This document shows positions 1 to 12,955 of a DNA stretch of 64,000 bases, piece by piece; positions within the stretch are counted from its first letter, which is position 1, and each line of letters begins with the position of its first letter. Under the pieces are notes generated by a model. The model was not told the origin of the DNA and searched no databases. It saw only the letters and a list, made by a program, of their open reading frames with translations. This stretch comes from Octopus vulgaris (lineage: Eukaryota), in assembly GCA_951406725.2 (NCBI GenBank), contig OX597835.1, forward strand, positions 23,002,001-23,066,000, given 5' to 3'. The position numbers and the translations under genes are program-made.

Positions 1-2817
1 TCAAGAAAAGAATCGTAACCAATGAAGAGAATTGGATGAAGTTTCCATGGTGACAGAAGAGACCAAGAATATAAGGGAAAACAAAAATGTGGACAAATAG
101 CTCTGGACAACATCAAGAACATCAAGTCAGCAATATTCTGTTTAACAGCATTCATAGAAGGCATTAAGAATACCCTTTGAAGCCAGTATTTGGTAAATAC
201 TTCAGCATGATGATGCGGTAGAATGCGATTTTGTAGGATTTGAAGAAAGTGAGTTTCATTGTATATTTCAAGGGGCAGGAGGTACAGATGTCACCAAAGA
301 CAATGTCAACTCCTGGTTGGAAGACACAGAAGACACTGGATACCAAATATTAATGGAAAAAAATAAATTGCTGTTGGTGACAACAGTTATTGAGGATGAA
401 GAAGGAGACAATGAATCATTATTCGTGAAACATAAGCTCTCTAAACAAACTCGAACACACATACACAAGGTATGTGTGTTGTTAGTTTGTGGGTTGTGCT
501 AAGTTACTGTGATGTAAACACACCAGCTCCGGTTGTCAAGTGGCAGTGGGGGTCAAACAGTGACACCAAAGACACACACACACACACACACACATTTATG
601 ATGGGCTTCTTTTAGTTTCCATCAACCAAATCCACTCACAAGGCTTTGGTCAGCCCAGGGCTATAGTAGAAGACACTTGCCCAAGGTGCCACGCAGTGGG
701 ACTGAACCCGGAACCATGTGGTTGGTAAACAAGCTACTTACCATACAGCCACTCCTGCGCCTATATATATATATAGCACCTAGGTGCAGGTGTGATTGCA
801 CCTATACTATATATATATATTTTTGAGTGTTCTGTTCTGTAGTCTCAGCCTGAGACTACAGAACAGAACACTTGCCCATGGTGCCATATAGAGGGACTGA
901 ACCTGAAACCATGTGGTTGGCAACCAAGCTACTTACCACACAGCCATGCCTGTGCCTTTCAAATGTATCCACTCCTTGAAGGCATCAGGTTCATTTGTTA
1001 TATTCCACAAGTAAATGAACTTAATTTATGGTATTAACTTTTTAATATTGCATAATGGCCTTTCCAATAATTTTATGAGACTCATTACTATGTACCCTTT
1101 GTAGTAGATTTATAAGCAGGACAAGTTTAGTTATTTCCTGTAGACTGTCAAAATGACGAACAACCTTCATTGTTGATCAAATCTTATTGAATTCTCATCA
1201 GAGGTGTCTCCATCAATTTGACCAATTCCAAAGAAACCAGTTGCCAATTTGTTTATATATTCAACAATTTCAATAGCTACAGGAAACTGGAGTGGCTAAT
1301 TTGCATGACACAAGTCCTGTCAACAAGGGTCTCAGTCTACACAGTATCAAGGTATATATGTAACCCCGAAACGCTGAGGAGATGAGAGAGGACGGAGATA
1401 TGCAGCACATTGCTGTACTTGAGAAGACCCGCCCATCACAAGAGATTTGAGATCCTGAAAGCAAGGTGCCAGATAAAAAGCAATGGTCTGGGTGCTGGTG
1501 CCATATAAAAAGCATTAGTGATGGTGTCATGTAAAATCACCCAGTACACTCTGTGGAGTTGCTGACATTATGAAGGGCATCCAGCCATAGAAACCAAGCC
1601 AAAACAGCCTATGGAACCTGGTGCGGCCCCTGGCCTTGCCAGTCCCTGTCAAGCAGTCCAACACATGCCAGCATGGAAAACACATTAAATGATAATGATG
1701 GTGAACCTATATAGTAGGTTTAGAGAGCTAATTCAGCTATTTCTCCACAGACTGTTCCTTCTTCCAATTCCCTTCACACCAAACTGATATTCACTGTATC
1801 CAACTCAAACCCCACCTCTAATAACAAGTCACACTCTTCCCTCAAGTGCACTGACCCACCCACCTTTTGTATTCCTCTATCCTTTTCTTTCTCTCATACT
1901 CTGTACCTTAACCTCACATCTCTCTCTCTCTCTCACTCCCCTCACTCTCTCTCTCTCTCAGTCACCCGCTCCCTATCTCTCTTCCTCTCTCACTCACTCA
2001 CATGCTCTCTCTCTCTCTCTCTCTCTCTCCCACTCACTCATACTCTCTCTCTTCCCAGATGGAGAAGCCATGTATCCACCTTCAGCAAGATACTTGTTCC
2101 AATCCCCACTATCATATGATGTTCATATCCCTCAATTATATACCCCATTCACTTGAGTGGGGAGGAAAGGGTCTTGTCTTGCAAGTACTTGATGAACACA
2201 TCAGTGCTGATGCCATGAAAAAAATAACATCCAGTTACACTCTGTGGCGTGGTTGGAGTCAGGAAAGGCATCCAGCTGCAGAAACTATACTCATCAATTC
2301 ATGTTGAACCATCCGACCCATGCCAGCGAGGAAAACAGGACGTTAAATGATGGTGATGATGTGATATAATGTTTACAGTATTTTCAATGATTTCATTATC
2401 ATATATAAAGTCCAGTGCTTTTTTTTAATTGCCTCTCTGGAAACTTGCAGACCATGTGTCTACACATGAAAACTCCTTATTTCTCTGTCTTGGTAATTGT
2501 TTCTAACATAAGCACCAAAGCCAGAGAATTGAGGGAAAGGGGGCTCAGTCTAAAATGATGACAAGCAAAGTTACCCCTGACAGGATTTGAACTCAGAACA
2601 TTAAAGAGCCTGGAGAAATACAGCAAAGTATTTTATCCAATGCTTTAACGACTCCAACAACTCCATCCCACTTCATAACTGATGTAACAAGCTATTTGGT
2701 GATAATTTTCTGATACTTTAAACTAATAAATATTATTTTTCCTGATGCTTCAAACTGACATTTCTTCAAACTTTTAAAATATCCTTTTGTTTTTGCAAAA
2801 AAAAAAAACACAAAACA

Positions 2818-3220
2818 GGCGCAGGAGCGGCTGTGTGGTAAGTAGCTTGTTTACCAACCACATGGTTCTGGGTTCATTCCCACTGCGTGGCATCTTGGGC
2901 AAGTGTCTTCTACTATAGCCTCAGGCCGACCAATGCCTTGTGGGTGGATTTGGTAGACGGAAACTGAAAGAAGCCTGTCGTATATGTGTGTATATGTATG
3001 TGTGTATATGTATTTGTGTGTCTGTGTTTGTCCCCCCACCATTGCTTGACAACCGATGCTGGTGTGTTTACGTCCCCCGTCACTTAGCGGTTCGGCAAAA
3101 GAGACCGATAGAATAAGTACTGGGCTTACAAAAGAATAAGTCCCGCGGTCGATTTGGTCGACTAAAGGCGGTGCTCTAGCATGGCCGCAGTCAAATGACT
3201 GAAACAAGTAAAAGAGTAAA
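2818..3220 (+). mobile_element. tRNA-headed SINE family A (octopus OR-type/CORE-like), full length
   Basis: A box GGCTGTGTGG, B box GGTTCA.TCCC, internal (TA/TG)n, 3' AAAAGAG tail; more than a dozen near-identical copies in the window. Confidence 0.85.
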
Positions 3221-3483
3221 ACAAAATAACACAAAATTTACTTTAAGTAAAAAAATCGTTTTATTCTTGTTTAATTATATAAATGGTAAACGTGCGACTA
3301 AAACACAATCCCTTATTCTGTTAATTAATTGTCTCTGACACAAATCTGTTCAATTGTCTAATCGTTTACTATTACTAATGACCACCACCACCATCAACAC
3401 CACAACATTTGTACAGTACCACAGCTACAACAATCACTGTACTACAACAATATCATAACAAGAGACATAGAATAATTACGCAC

Positions 3484-3630
3484 CAGGCCTTTCTGGAAAG
3501 TGAATATGTGAAATAGTTGGGGTCGGATTTGTGGGTCGAACAATTGTAGGTGAAGCAGTGCCTGAAGCATGCGCTGGAGACGGGTTGACTGGTCGCACTC
3601 CGTGGGGAGATTCAGCTTCTGCAATCTCAC
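3484..3630 (-). CDS. SPAG17: SPAG17-like exon 22 (EIAEAESPHGVRPVNPSPAHASG...RPTNPTP...)
   Basis: tttcatttcag acceptor, G|gtgcgt donor, phase 1 to 1; repeated RPxNPxP motif. Confidence 0.8.
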
Positions 3631-3988
3631 CTGAAATGAAAAAGGAAGGCTTTATTACAAATTGAAAATAAATGAAAATAAAATGAAAAAAAAAAAATGG
3701 AAAAAAATGAAAAAAAACTGAAAAAAAAATTTTTTTTTAAATGAAAAACAATTTGAAAAAAATTTTTTTTAATTTTAAAAATGGAAAAAATTTTTTTTAA
3801 ATGAAAAAAAAAATTTTTTTAATTTTTTTAAATAAATAAAAATATAAAAATAAAAAATAAAATAAAAAATAAAATAAAATAAAATTTTTTTAAGTTGAAA
3901 AATAAAAAAATAAAATAAAATAAAATAAAATAAAGAAAATATCTTATAATATAATATAATATATATATATATATATATATACATATAT

Positions 3989-4845
3989 ACAAGGGGGTAC
4001 CCAAAAGAAACCAGAATTTTGCAGTATTATTTTAATCACTTAATTTTATGTGTTTACACTTTTATTACCTTCAAAATATTCTCCAATTGAAGCAATTCAT
4101 CGGTCCAGACGCATTTCCCATTGTTCAAAGCAGCACTGGACCTCTTGTCAAGCGAAGCCTTTTATCGCCTCCATTATAATTTTGTTCACCTCTTCCATAT
4201 CTGCAAATTCCATCACTTTCATCACCAGTGATGACCTTTGAAAAATGATCCGGATCAACTTCCAACTGTTCTTTCAGATCACGACACACATTCAGTCATG
4301 ACTACTTTTGATCTTCCATGACCAACCAAGGCATAATTTTTCTGCAACTCTTTTCATACGCAATTCCTCACACAAGTTTCTCAACTGTTCGGTGATGGTC
4401 CTTCAAGATCAGTTCATGAATTTTCGTGATGCTTTCATTCATTCGGAAGGTCCATGGTCGTTCTGATCGAGGATGGTCCTCAAGCGACAAGTGACCATTC
4501 CTGAACAATGGAAACCACTCATAAATTTGTGTTTTGCTCATGGCAGCGGCCTTGTAAGCTGTTTGAAGCATGACAACTGTTTTGGCCACTGTTTTCCCCA
4601 GCAGAAGACAGAATTTCATGGGAGCATGCTGTTCCTTCATTTCAACCATCACAAAAATCGACAAACAGGGGTGGAGCACTGCAAAAAAAAAATGCACCGC
4701 ATGGCAGTATGATCACACTTGACAATGCTGGTCAGCAGGCTGATGCCTGGGGGTTGCATCAAGTGGTTTCTAGTGGTGGGAGCCTGAACTACAACAGACT
4801 TGTCCCACAGAGAATGTTTCCAGTTACTTTTCGGTAATCTTCATT
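3989..4845 (-). mobile_element. Internally deleted mariner transposon
   Basis: ORF 4368-4697 encodes a mariner N-terminal HTH (EQHAPMKFCLLLGK...IYEWF...EDHPRSERP); degenerate TIRs. Confidence 0.8.
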
Positions 4846-5040
4846 ATCAACATCATCATCAACAACATAAAAGTAAATAAAGGTGCTCAGGTGTGGCTGT
4901 GTGGTAAGAAACTTGCTTCCCAGCTGCATGGTTCTAGGTTCAATTCCACTGTGTGTCACATTTTGCAAGTGTCTTCTACTATAAGCCTTGGGCTGACCAA
5001 AGCCTTGTGAGTGGATTTGGTAGACAGAAACTGAAAGAAA

Positions 5041-5270
5041 CCTATTTCTTTACTACCCACAAGGAGCTACACACAGAGAGGACAAACAAAGATAAACGGA
5101 TTAAGTCGATTATATCGACCCCAGAGCGTAACTGGTACTTATTTAATCAACCCCGAAAGGATGAAAGGCAAAGTCGACCTCGGCGGAATTTGAACTCAGA
5201 ACGTAACGACAGACGAAATACTGCTAAGCATTTCGCCCAGCGTGCTAACGTTTCTGCCAGCTCGCCGCCT
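5041..5270 (-). mobile_element. SINE family B (tRNA-like head, Meta-domain-like core) nested in an older family A copy
   Basis: GGCGGCGAGCTGGCAGAA head, GTTCAAATTCC B box, CTTTCATCCTTTCGGGGT.GAT core. Confidence 0.75.
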
Positions 5271-7936
5271 TTTGAAAGAAACTGAAAGAAACCTGTCATA
5301 AATGTGTGTGTGTATATTTGCCCCCACTTCACCACCACCACCGCTTGACAACTGGTGATGGTACGTTTATGTCCCTGTAACTTAACAGTTTGGCAAGGAG
5401 ACCGATAAAATAAGTAGCGGACTTCACAAAAGAAGAAAAAAAGTACTGGGGTCGAATCATTCGATTAAAAACTCTTCAATGCCCCAGCATGGCCACAGTC
5501 TCATGACCGAAACAAGTAAAAGAGAAAAGATAAATCTGCATGTATGCATGCTTGTACGTGCACGCGGTTCGCATTCACAAACTACACGTTGACCTGAGGC
5601 TATAGTTGGAGACATCTACCCAAGGTTCCAAGCAATAGGATGAGATTTAGAATCTTAATGCTGTGCCAATGTGTTTTGAATAGGTTAACAAACTGAAATA
5701 CTTGTATCACTGTCTCCATAGGTTGGACAGACCTGCAAATTTTGATGTTTAACCTTTTAGCATCCACGTTATTCCGTCAAAAGGTAATGCTTATTTATTC
5801 GCATTATTTTCAATTAATCATGCATTATTTTGTAGCTTTGAGAGTTCGGTGTGGTAACTGTTAATTTCTAGAATGACATTGTAGGGTTGGTGTGAGGGGA
5901 CAGATCTGACCAGTTTGAGCATAAAGCAGGTAGAATACTTTTTTACTCTTTTACTTGTTTCAGTCATTTGACTGTGGCCATGCTGTAGCACTGCTTTCTA
6001 GTCAAAGAAATCTTTGTAAGCCTAGTACTTATTCTATCGATCACTTTTGCCAAACCACTAAGTTACGGGGATGTAAACACACCAACATCGGTCGTCAAGT
6101 GATGGTGGGGGGACAAACACACACACACACAAACACATATATATATATATATGTCATCATCATCATCGTTTAACGTCTGTTTTCCATGCTGGCATGGGTT
6201 GGATGGTTTGACTGAAGTCTGGAGAGCCAGTGGCTGCAACAGGCTCCAATCTGATCTGGCAATGTTTCTACAGCCGGATGCCCTTCTTAACGCCAACCAC
6301 TCCGAGGGTGTAGCGGGTGCTTTTTACGTGCCACTGGTACAAGAGCCAGTCAGGGGGTACTGGCATCAGCCATGTTCAGATGGTGCTTTTTACGTGCCAC
6401 CGGCATGGGATATATATATATATATATAGATATAGTGGTTAGGGCAGCGGACTCGTGGTCGTAGGATCGCGGTTTCGATTCCCAGACCGGGCGTTGTGAG
6501 TGTTTATTGAGCGAAAACACTTTAAAAGCTCCACGAGGCTCCGGAAGGGTGTGGTGGTGATCCCTGCTGTACTCTTTCACCACTCTCTCTTTCACTCTTT
6601 CTTCTGTTGGCTTCCTCGATTAGCCAGCGGGGTGGCGTCATTCGAAGGCTAAAACAATGCGAACGCATTGTGACCAGCGATGTGTAACAACATCTGATGG
6701 TCTGGTCGATCACGTGATATACATATATATATACGACAGTTTCCATCTACCAAATCCACTCACAAAGCTTTAGTCAGCCTGAGGCTATAGAAGATACTTG
6801 CCCAAGTGGGACTGAAACTGGAGCCATGTGGTTGGGAAGCAAGCTTTTTACCACATACCCATGCCTGTGCCTATGGGTGGATTAAATGCTAAAGGGTTGA
6901 GATTTGTATTAGTTAATCTACATTAAAGTAGAGTTTGGCTGTGCAGTACAATGACTGTTTTAGAAATAAAACTCAGGGCAGCCATGGATGGAGTGGGCAA
7001 CAAGGACGAGGGATCAGAAGTGAGAGGAAGTGATGTCACTTCAAGAAACAGCAGGTTCAAAATGGCCTCCTCTTAGCTGATGTGTTGTGTGCGACAGACG
7101 TGTTTTGGGAATGCTCTTCGGAGAGTAGTTCTTTCTGGCCAGAAGTTCAGATAGATGGCACGTGTGGGTACAACTATGAAGTTTTACTGGTCCCTGTGAC
7201 CCAACACCTGGATTGACAGTTGCCAATTGCATCTCAAGGTAAGGGCAACTTTTATTTATGCTTTACAACAAGCTATTTCAGCACACTGCTTACCAGTTGT
7301 GAAGCTATACGCCTGAGTTATTTTTTTTTCTGTTTTTGGTCCTGCCTTTCTGACTGTCGACACGTGCAATGGCTACAAAAATCAGAATCTGTAGCAATGT
7401 ATTGAGACCGTTTTGCTGTGGAAGGTGATGTGGTGGCCTAGATTGGAGAAGCTGAAGGGTATTGAAGATGTGACTAGCCTTATGCCAATTTACCTTGAAG
7501 GCAAGTGCACTAAATCTGTACTTAGAAATGGTTGGAGCAAATCAAAGTGGAGAAAACGGAAGAGCATCAAAAGGATGCATACACAGAAGGGGCATTTAAA
7601 GCCTACAGCAAGCTCGGAAGAGTGAGATGGACAGGTGAGTAAATGGATGAGTATGTCAGCAAGATCAGGAGTTTGGCAGGGTTAGTAGGCTTTACCAGAG
7701 CAGTGGCAGGTAAAAGGAACCCACTACAATCTCGGTGTGGTTGGCATTAGGAAGGGCATCCAGCTGTAGAAACCTTGCCAGATCAGATTGGATCCTGGTG
7801 CAGCCTCCTGGTTTGCCAGTCCCCAGTCAAACCGTCTGACCCATGCCAGCATGGAGAGCAGTTGTTAAACGATGATGTGCCACCTGTGGGAATGAGAAGT
7901 GGAGTAGAACTGATGAATAAAATCTAGGGACATTAC

Positions 7937-8030
7937 TTGTTACGGTTGGTGAAGACTCTTCTTCTGCAGGTTCTTCTGCAATTCCATTAAAGATGCAATG
8001 GCTCTTTAGTTCATAATCAAGTTTTTCTTC
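7937..8030 (-). CDS. SPAG17: SPAG17-like exon 21 (EEKLDYELKSHCIFNGIAEEPAEEESSPTVT)
   Basis: tttttctgctttag acceptor, A|gtaat donor; supplies the 0 to 1 phase needed between exons 20 and 22. Confidence 0.7.
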
Positions 8031-8369
8031 CTAAAGCAGAAAAATATAACAGGAATGTTCACAGTGATGTTTTATGAGTCAAGGTGAGTAACTACAACAA
8101 TTTTGTATTATGTTAGGTAAAACTAATAATAAAGGCATCAAATTTTGTCACAAGGGCAGCAATTTTGGGGTAGGGAATGAGTTGGTTACATTGACGCCAG
8201 TGTTTCACTGGTATTTAATTTATCGGCCCCGAAAGGGTGAAAGGCAAAGTCGACCTTGGCAGAATTTGCACTCAGAATGTAGTGACGGGCAAAATACTGC
8301 CAAGTGTTTTGTTCAGCATGCTAACAACTTTGCCGCCTTGCTACTACTAATAATAATATTAATATCCTA

Positions 8370-8720
8370 TGGGATTTTATGATTCAGTACAACCATGAGA
8401 TAGAGAATAGTAAACCAGATATAGTGTTAATTGAGAAGGAAAGCAAACGATGCTGGATCATAGATATAGCATGCCCAGCAGACAACAAGGTATGCAATAA
8501 GGAAGAAAGAAAAGTCAATAGATATGACAGGTTAGCTTGGGAGGTTAAGCAGTTGTGGTCGAGGAAAAAGGTGGTATTAGTACCGATAAGTGTTGGAGCC
8601 CTTGGAACAGTACATCTTGAGATGTACATGGAGCAAATAGGGGCTGCAATAAGGGTGGAGCACTTGCAGAAAACAGCACAGAAAACAGATGGTGCTCGGA
8701 AAATAAGGAGTGTTATCATA
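8370..8720 (+). mobile_element. RLE-endonuclease LINE remnant (R4/Dong-like)
   Basis: KPDIVLIEKE...IIDIACPAD...E..K..RY...VPISVGALG. Confidence 0.8.
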
Positions 8721-8897
8721 ATTCACTGGAAGTGAACAGCTGCCACAAGGCCAGGTGGTAATATCAGGGCCCCCAGTTGATTGTTACTTTATTTTATTGA
8801 CCCTGAAAAGATGAGAGACAAAAAAAAGTCAACTTCAATGGAATTCAGAATGTTATGAGCTGGAAGAAATGCCACTAAGGGAAGGAGGTGAGATAGT

Positions 8898-9286
8898 CGG
8901 ACGGAAGCACTCCGTTAGTTACGACGACGAGGGTTCCGGTTGATCCGAATCAACGGAACAGCCTGCTCGTGAAATTAACGTGTAAGTGACTGCGCACTCC
9001 ACAGACACGTGTACCCTTAACGTAGTTCTCGGGGATATTCAGCGTGACACAGAGAGTGACAAGGCCGGCCCTTTGAAATACAGGTACAACAGAAACAGGA
9101 AGTAAGAGTGAGAGAAAGTTGTGGTGAAAGAGTACAGCAGGGATCACCACCATCCCATGCCGGAGTCTTGTGGAGCTTTAGGTGTTTTCGCTCAATAAAC
9201 ACTCACAACGCCCGGTCTGGGAATCGAAACCGCAATCCTATGACCGCGAGTCCGCTGCCCTAACCACTGGGCCATTGCGCCTCCAC
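8898..9286 (-). mobile_element. SINE family C (tRNA-Arg-like head)
   Basis: GGCGCAATGGCCCAGTGGTTAGGGCAGCGGACTCGC head; 12-bp target-site duplication aggtgagatagt. Confidence 0.85.
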
Positions 9287-10223
9287 AGGTGAGATAGTAA
9301 CACATCATTGTCAACAGCTCTCTGAACTTCCTGCCCATTCCCTCCATTAAGAAAAGGGTAAGAGCATGAGGTGCCAAAGAATTGAATGTATTTGATCATA
9401 GGCTTGTTAAAGCAGGGTTGATTTGGGGCTAAACAACATTTGAGGGTTGAAAACTCTACAAAATATGTAATTGGTAAGAAGGGTGATACAAAGAAGACAA
9501 AAGCTGATGTGAGGAATCCACAGTGTAATGAGCAAAACTGCAATGGCTTAAAATAGTGTTCTTACTGAAACAAGGGGACTAAGGCTGATAGTAAAGAATA
9601 CCAACAACAGCCAAAACATTGGTTGCTAAGCCTTGCACTGTGTGTGCGACCCCTGTCAGCTCCTTTAAAGTACTGGATTTTCTGACATCTGTGTCAGATT
9701 TTTCAGACCAAAATTGGACCTTGTTAAATTCCTTCCAACCACTTGAAGTATTTCAAACTTTCATCAAATTGTTTTTCAAATTTTCTGCATTGTGTAGTTT
9801 TGTATGCCAATGATGAAAGCCACATTCATTTTGTTGTTTTTTTCTAGAAATTACTAACTAAAAACTTACAAGCATTTAAAGATATGTTATTTTATAATGG
9901 AAAATTGAAATACTTCAAGTGACAAGAAGAGATTTAACAAGACCCCCCAAAAAATTTACAGCCAAAAATATAGGTTAGTTCACTCATACACCAAGACGAC
10001 TTTGGAGGACCAAAAATTCCATGAGAAATGCAACAGGATTTAGAAAAGATTGTGACAATGTTTGAATGTTTACACTACATGTTTATGCTATACATGACAC
10101 TAGCTTGAACATGAGAAAATACCAAGAGGTAATATCTATGCCCAATTAAAATATGGATGTTCTCTCAGAACAAACTGTAATGTGGTAGATATCATAAAAA
10201 GGTAAAGGTTACCTTCTGGAGTC

Positions 10224-10560
10224 ATGGCAGTGGAGGTGGGAATGGCAATGGAGGTGGGAATGGCAATAGAGGTGGGAGTGGCAATGGAGGCGGGAATGGC
10301 AGTGGAGGCGGGAGTGGCAGTGGAGGTGGGAATGATGGTGGAGGTGGGAGTAGCAGTGGAGGTGGGAATGGCAGTGGAGGTGGGAGTGGCAGTGGAGGTG
10401 GGAATGGCAATGGAGGCGGGAGTGGCAATGGAGGTGGGAATGGCAGTGGAGGTGGGAATGGCAGTGGAGGTGGGAATGGCAGTGGAGGTGGGAGTGGTGA
10501 TGGAGGTGGGAATGGCAGTGGAGGTGGGAATGGCAGTGGCGGTAGGAGTGGTGATGGAGA
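10224..10560. repeat. 18-bp minisatellite atggcagtggaggtggga
   Basis: Direct inspection; open in several frames. Confidence 0.9.
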
Positions 10561-10788
10561 TGGAAGAGGGAGTGGGCAATGGAAGTGGAACAGTGTTGGA
10601 GGTGAGGAGATGGAAACAGAGTTGGGGGAGGTGGCAACAAAAATCGGGGATGGTGATGGAGAAGAAGGTAGTGGTGATGGAGGTGGTGATTTTCTCAGCA
10701 ATAACTAAACCCCATCCATGCTAAAACCCACCACCCTCCTTGCCTCTGCCTTCTCCCCAAAAAATGTTAGCAAAGCCCAAGTTCTCAC

Positions 10789-10997
10789 CTCTTGGTTAGC
10801 AAGAAAAGTTTTTCCAAAAACACTTTCAAAGTAATTCGGGATAGTTTTGTTACGCAATGCCTTCCTGATGCTTTCATCATAGCAATAATTCTGGGACTTT
10901 TCCTTCTCCACTGGGGGTTCACTGATCACTGATTCAATCTCGACAATTGTCTGGCCCTGGTTCACCGCACTCTCGTACATCTTCTTCACATCGTTTT
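10789..10997 (-). CDS. SPAG17: SPAG17-like exon 20 (ENDVKKMYE...ALRNKTIPNYFESVFGKTFL...)
   Basis: ccacag acceptor, GAG|gtgaga donor, phase 1 to 0; LRNxxIPxYFxS motif. Confidence 0.9.
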
Positions 10998-11382
10998 CTG
11001 TGGAGTGTGAAGGTAGGCATGGAAGATAGAAAAGAAGCAGGAAGTGAAAGTTAATGGTTGGACCTCATCTCATCTGGGTTGTCCCATAGGATGCCCCTAA
11101 TGGTGAGATGATGTTGGCAATAAAGGGGAATGGCTCAAGATGAGAGAGAGAGAGAGAGAGAGACTGATAAATAGATACATGCACAAACCTAGTTTATGTA
11201 CACACACATGTATACACACATACATATACACAGACATGCATTGGCACATATACAGATACACACACACACACACATATATATACACATATACAGACACATG
11301 CACACTTACACATATATACACACACAAAAAACATATCCATAGACAGATACATACACATATACACAGACACATGCGCACTTAC

Positions 11383-11433
<51 letters not shown>

Positions 11434-11436
<3 letters not shown>

Positions 11437-11669
11437 GGTGGCCCAAAAGTAAGGTTTACAGTTATCACGTAGGCACTTTAAATGTCTTTTAAAACATTTT
11501 ATTACATTTAAATTTCCGTTTTACAAACTGAAAAGGGGGCTTGACAAAATTAACTAAATTAGCATAGAATAATGGGTTCGTATTTTATTATAATTAAGAT
11601 CTAAACTGTAAATATATGAATGTGAAAGAGAAAGTAGAATAACTGTAAACCTACTTTTGGGCCACCCCG
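11434..11669. mobile_element. Tc1/mariner-type MITE
   Basis: ~30-bp TIRs CAGGGTGGCCCAAAAGTA.GGTTTACAGTTAT, TA on both sides. Confidence 0.85.
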
Positions 11670-12782
11670 TATACATACACACATCTATACACAGACATAT
11701 GCATACACATATACCCAGATACATACCCATACACAGACACATGCATGCTTTCTCTCCCTCTCTCTCTGACACACACACAAGGTCAAAAACAAAAACAAAG
11801 AATCAGGACTATCCCCACAAAAAACAAAACTGCAACACATATCAATTCAGCATTTAATCTTCTTCAAAGAAGTCCCATTCTGAAGTCACACAGAATACCT
11901 GCTATACCTTCAGGCCAAAGAAAGCCTAGTGAATGGATTTGGTAGATGGAAACCAAAAGAAGCCCATCATGTGTGTGTATGTATTAGTGTTTGTCCCCTA
12001 TTACTGCTTGACAACAGGTGTTGGTGTGTTTATGCCCCCATGACAGCAGTTCAGCAAAAGATACCAACAGAATAAGTACTGGTGTTACATCATCATCATC
12101 ATTTAACATCTGTTGTCCATGCTGGCATGGGTTGGATAAAATTCTTCAAGGTGGTGCCCCAGTATGGCCTCAGTCTAATGACTGAAACAAGTAAAAAGTA
12201 TTTAAGATATTTAATGTTGATACATTCCAGCAGATTCAAATGCAAGTATGCTAATAACTGTTGTGTATGTCACAGGAGAACAACTTCACCCTTTTACTAA
12301 TGACAAGGTGATCATAACACATTTGGTTTATTGGCACAAGGGATTCTGGGACACTGGTATTTTCACATGTGTCTCGTCTCAACAACCACAAGTACCAAGA
12401 TCTTTAAGCTTTTAGCATTTAATCTGGCCATAACCAGCCCAAATATTCTACTTGCTTTATGCTCAAACTGGACAAATATAACCTCTCCCATCTACTACAA
12501 TGTCATACTAAAAATACACAATCACATCATCAAAAATTTCAAAGCTACAAGATGATATGCGATTAATTCAAAACAATGTTATTAATAACCATTGCATTTG
12601 GCTGAATAATATGAATGCTAAAGGGTTAAGCCTAAACAAACCACTGACTTTGTTTATAATTTCAGTAAAAAAAATGTTTGCTGATCAGTGCTGATATCTA
12701 CCAACTGCCAAAATATTGCTATGAGATCTGAAATGACTTGTGTATTTATTCTTAAGAACAGAACTCATAAATAAGTACTTAC

Positions 12783-12955
12783 CATTGTTCATTATATGTT
12801 GAGAGTGCAAAGTTGATAGCTGTTGCACATAAGCTTCAATAGATTTAGCCTTGGCCTTTTCCGCTGCTCTCCTCGTGTCAAAAACTGTTAAATTCTCCAA
12901 CTGGAAATGACGCTGGAATTTGTAGTAAATGTACTTGTAAAGTCCTTGGTGGACT
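12783..12955 (-). CDS. SPAG17: SPAG17-like exon 19 (RVHQGLYKYIYY...DTRRAAEK...)
   Basis: ctgtccag acceptor, G|gtaagt donor, phase 2 to 1. Confidence 0.88.

Noticed and set aside
268-440. Phase-1-compatible candidate terminal exon (ESLCFTNNDSLSPSSS...PPAP*)
   Set aside because: No recognisable SPAG17 C-terminal motifs; the conserved C-terminus more likely lies beyond the window. Needs RNA-seq
7041-7232. Minus-strand ORF as a SPAG17 exon
   Set aside because: No convincing splice sites or motifs; phase is already satisfied by 7937-8030
10224-10724. Plus-strand (MAVEVG)n and minus-strand poly-proline ORFs
   Set aside because: An 18-bp repeat is open in most frames by construction; no independent support
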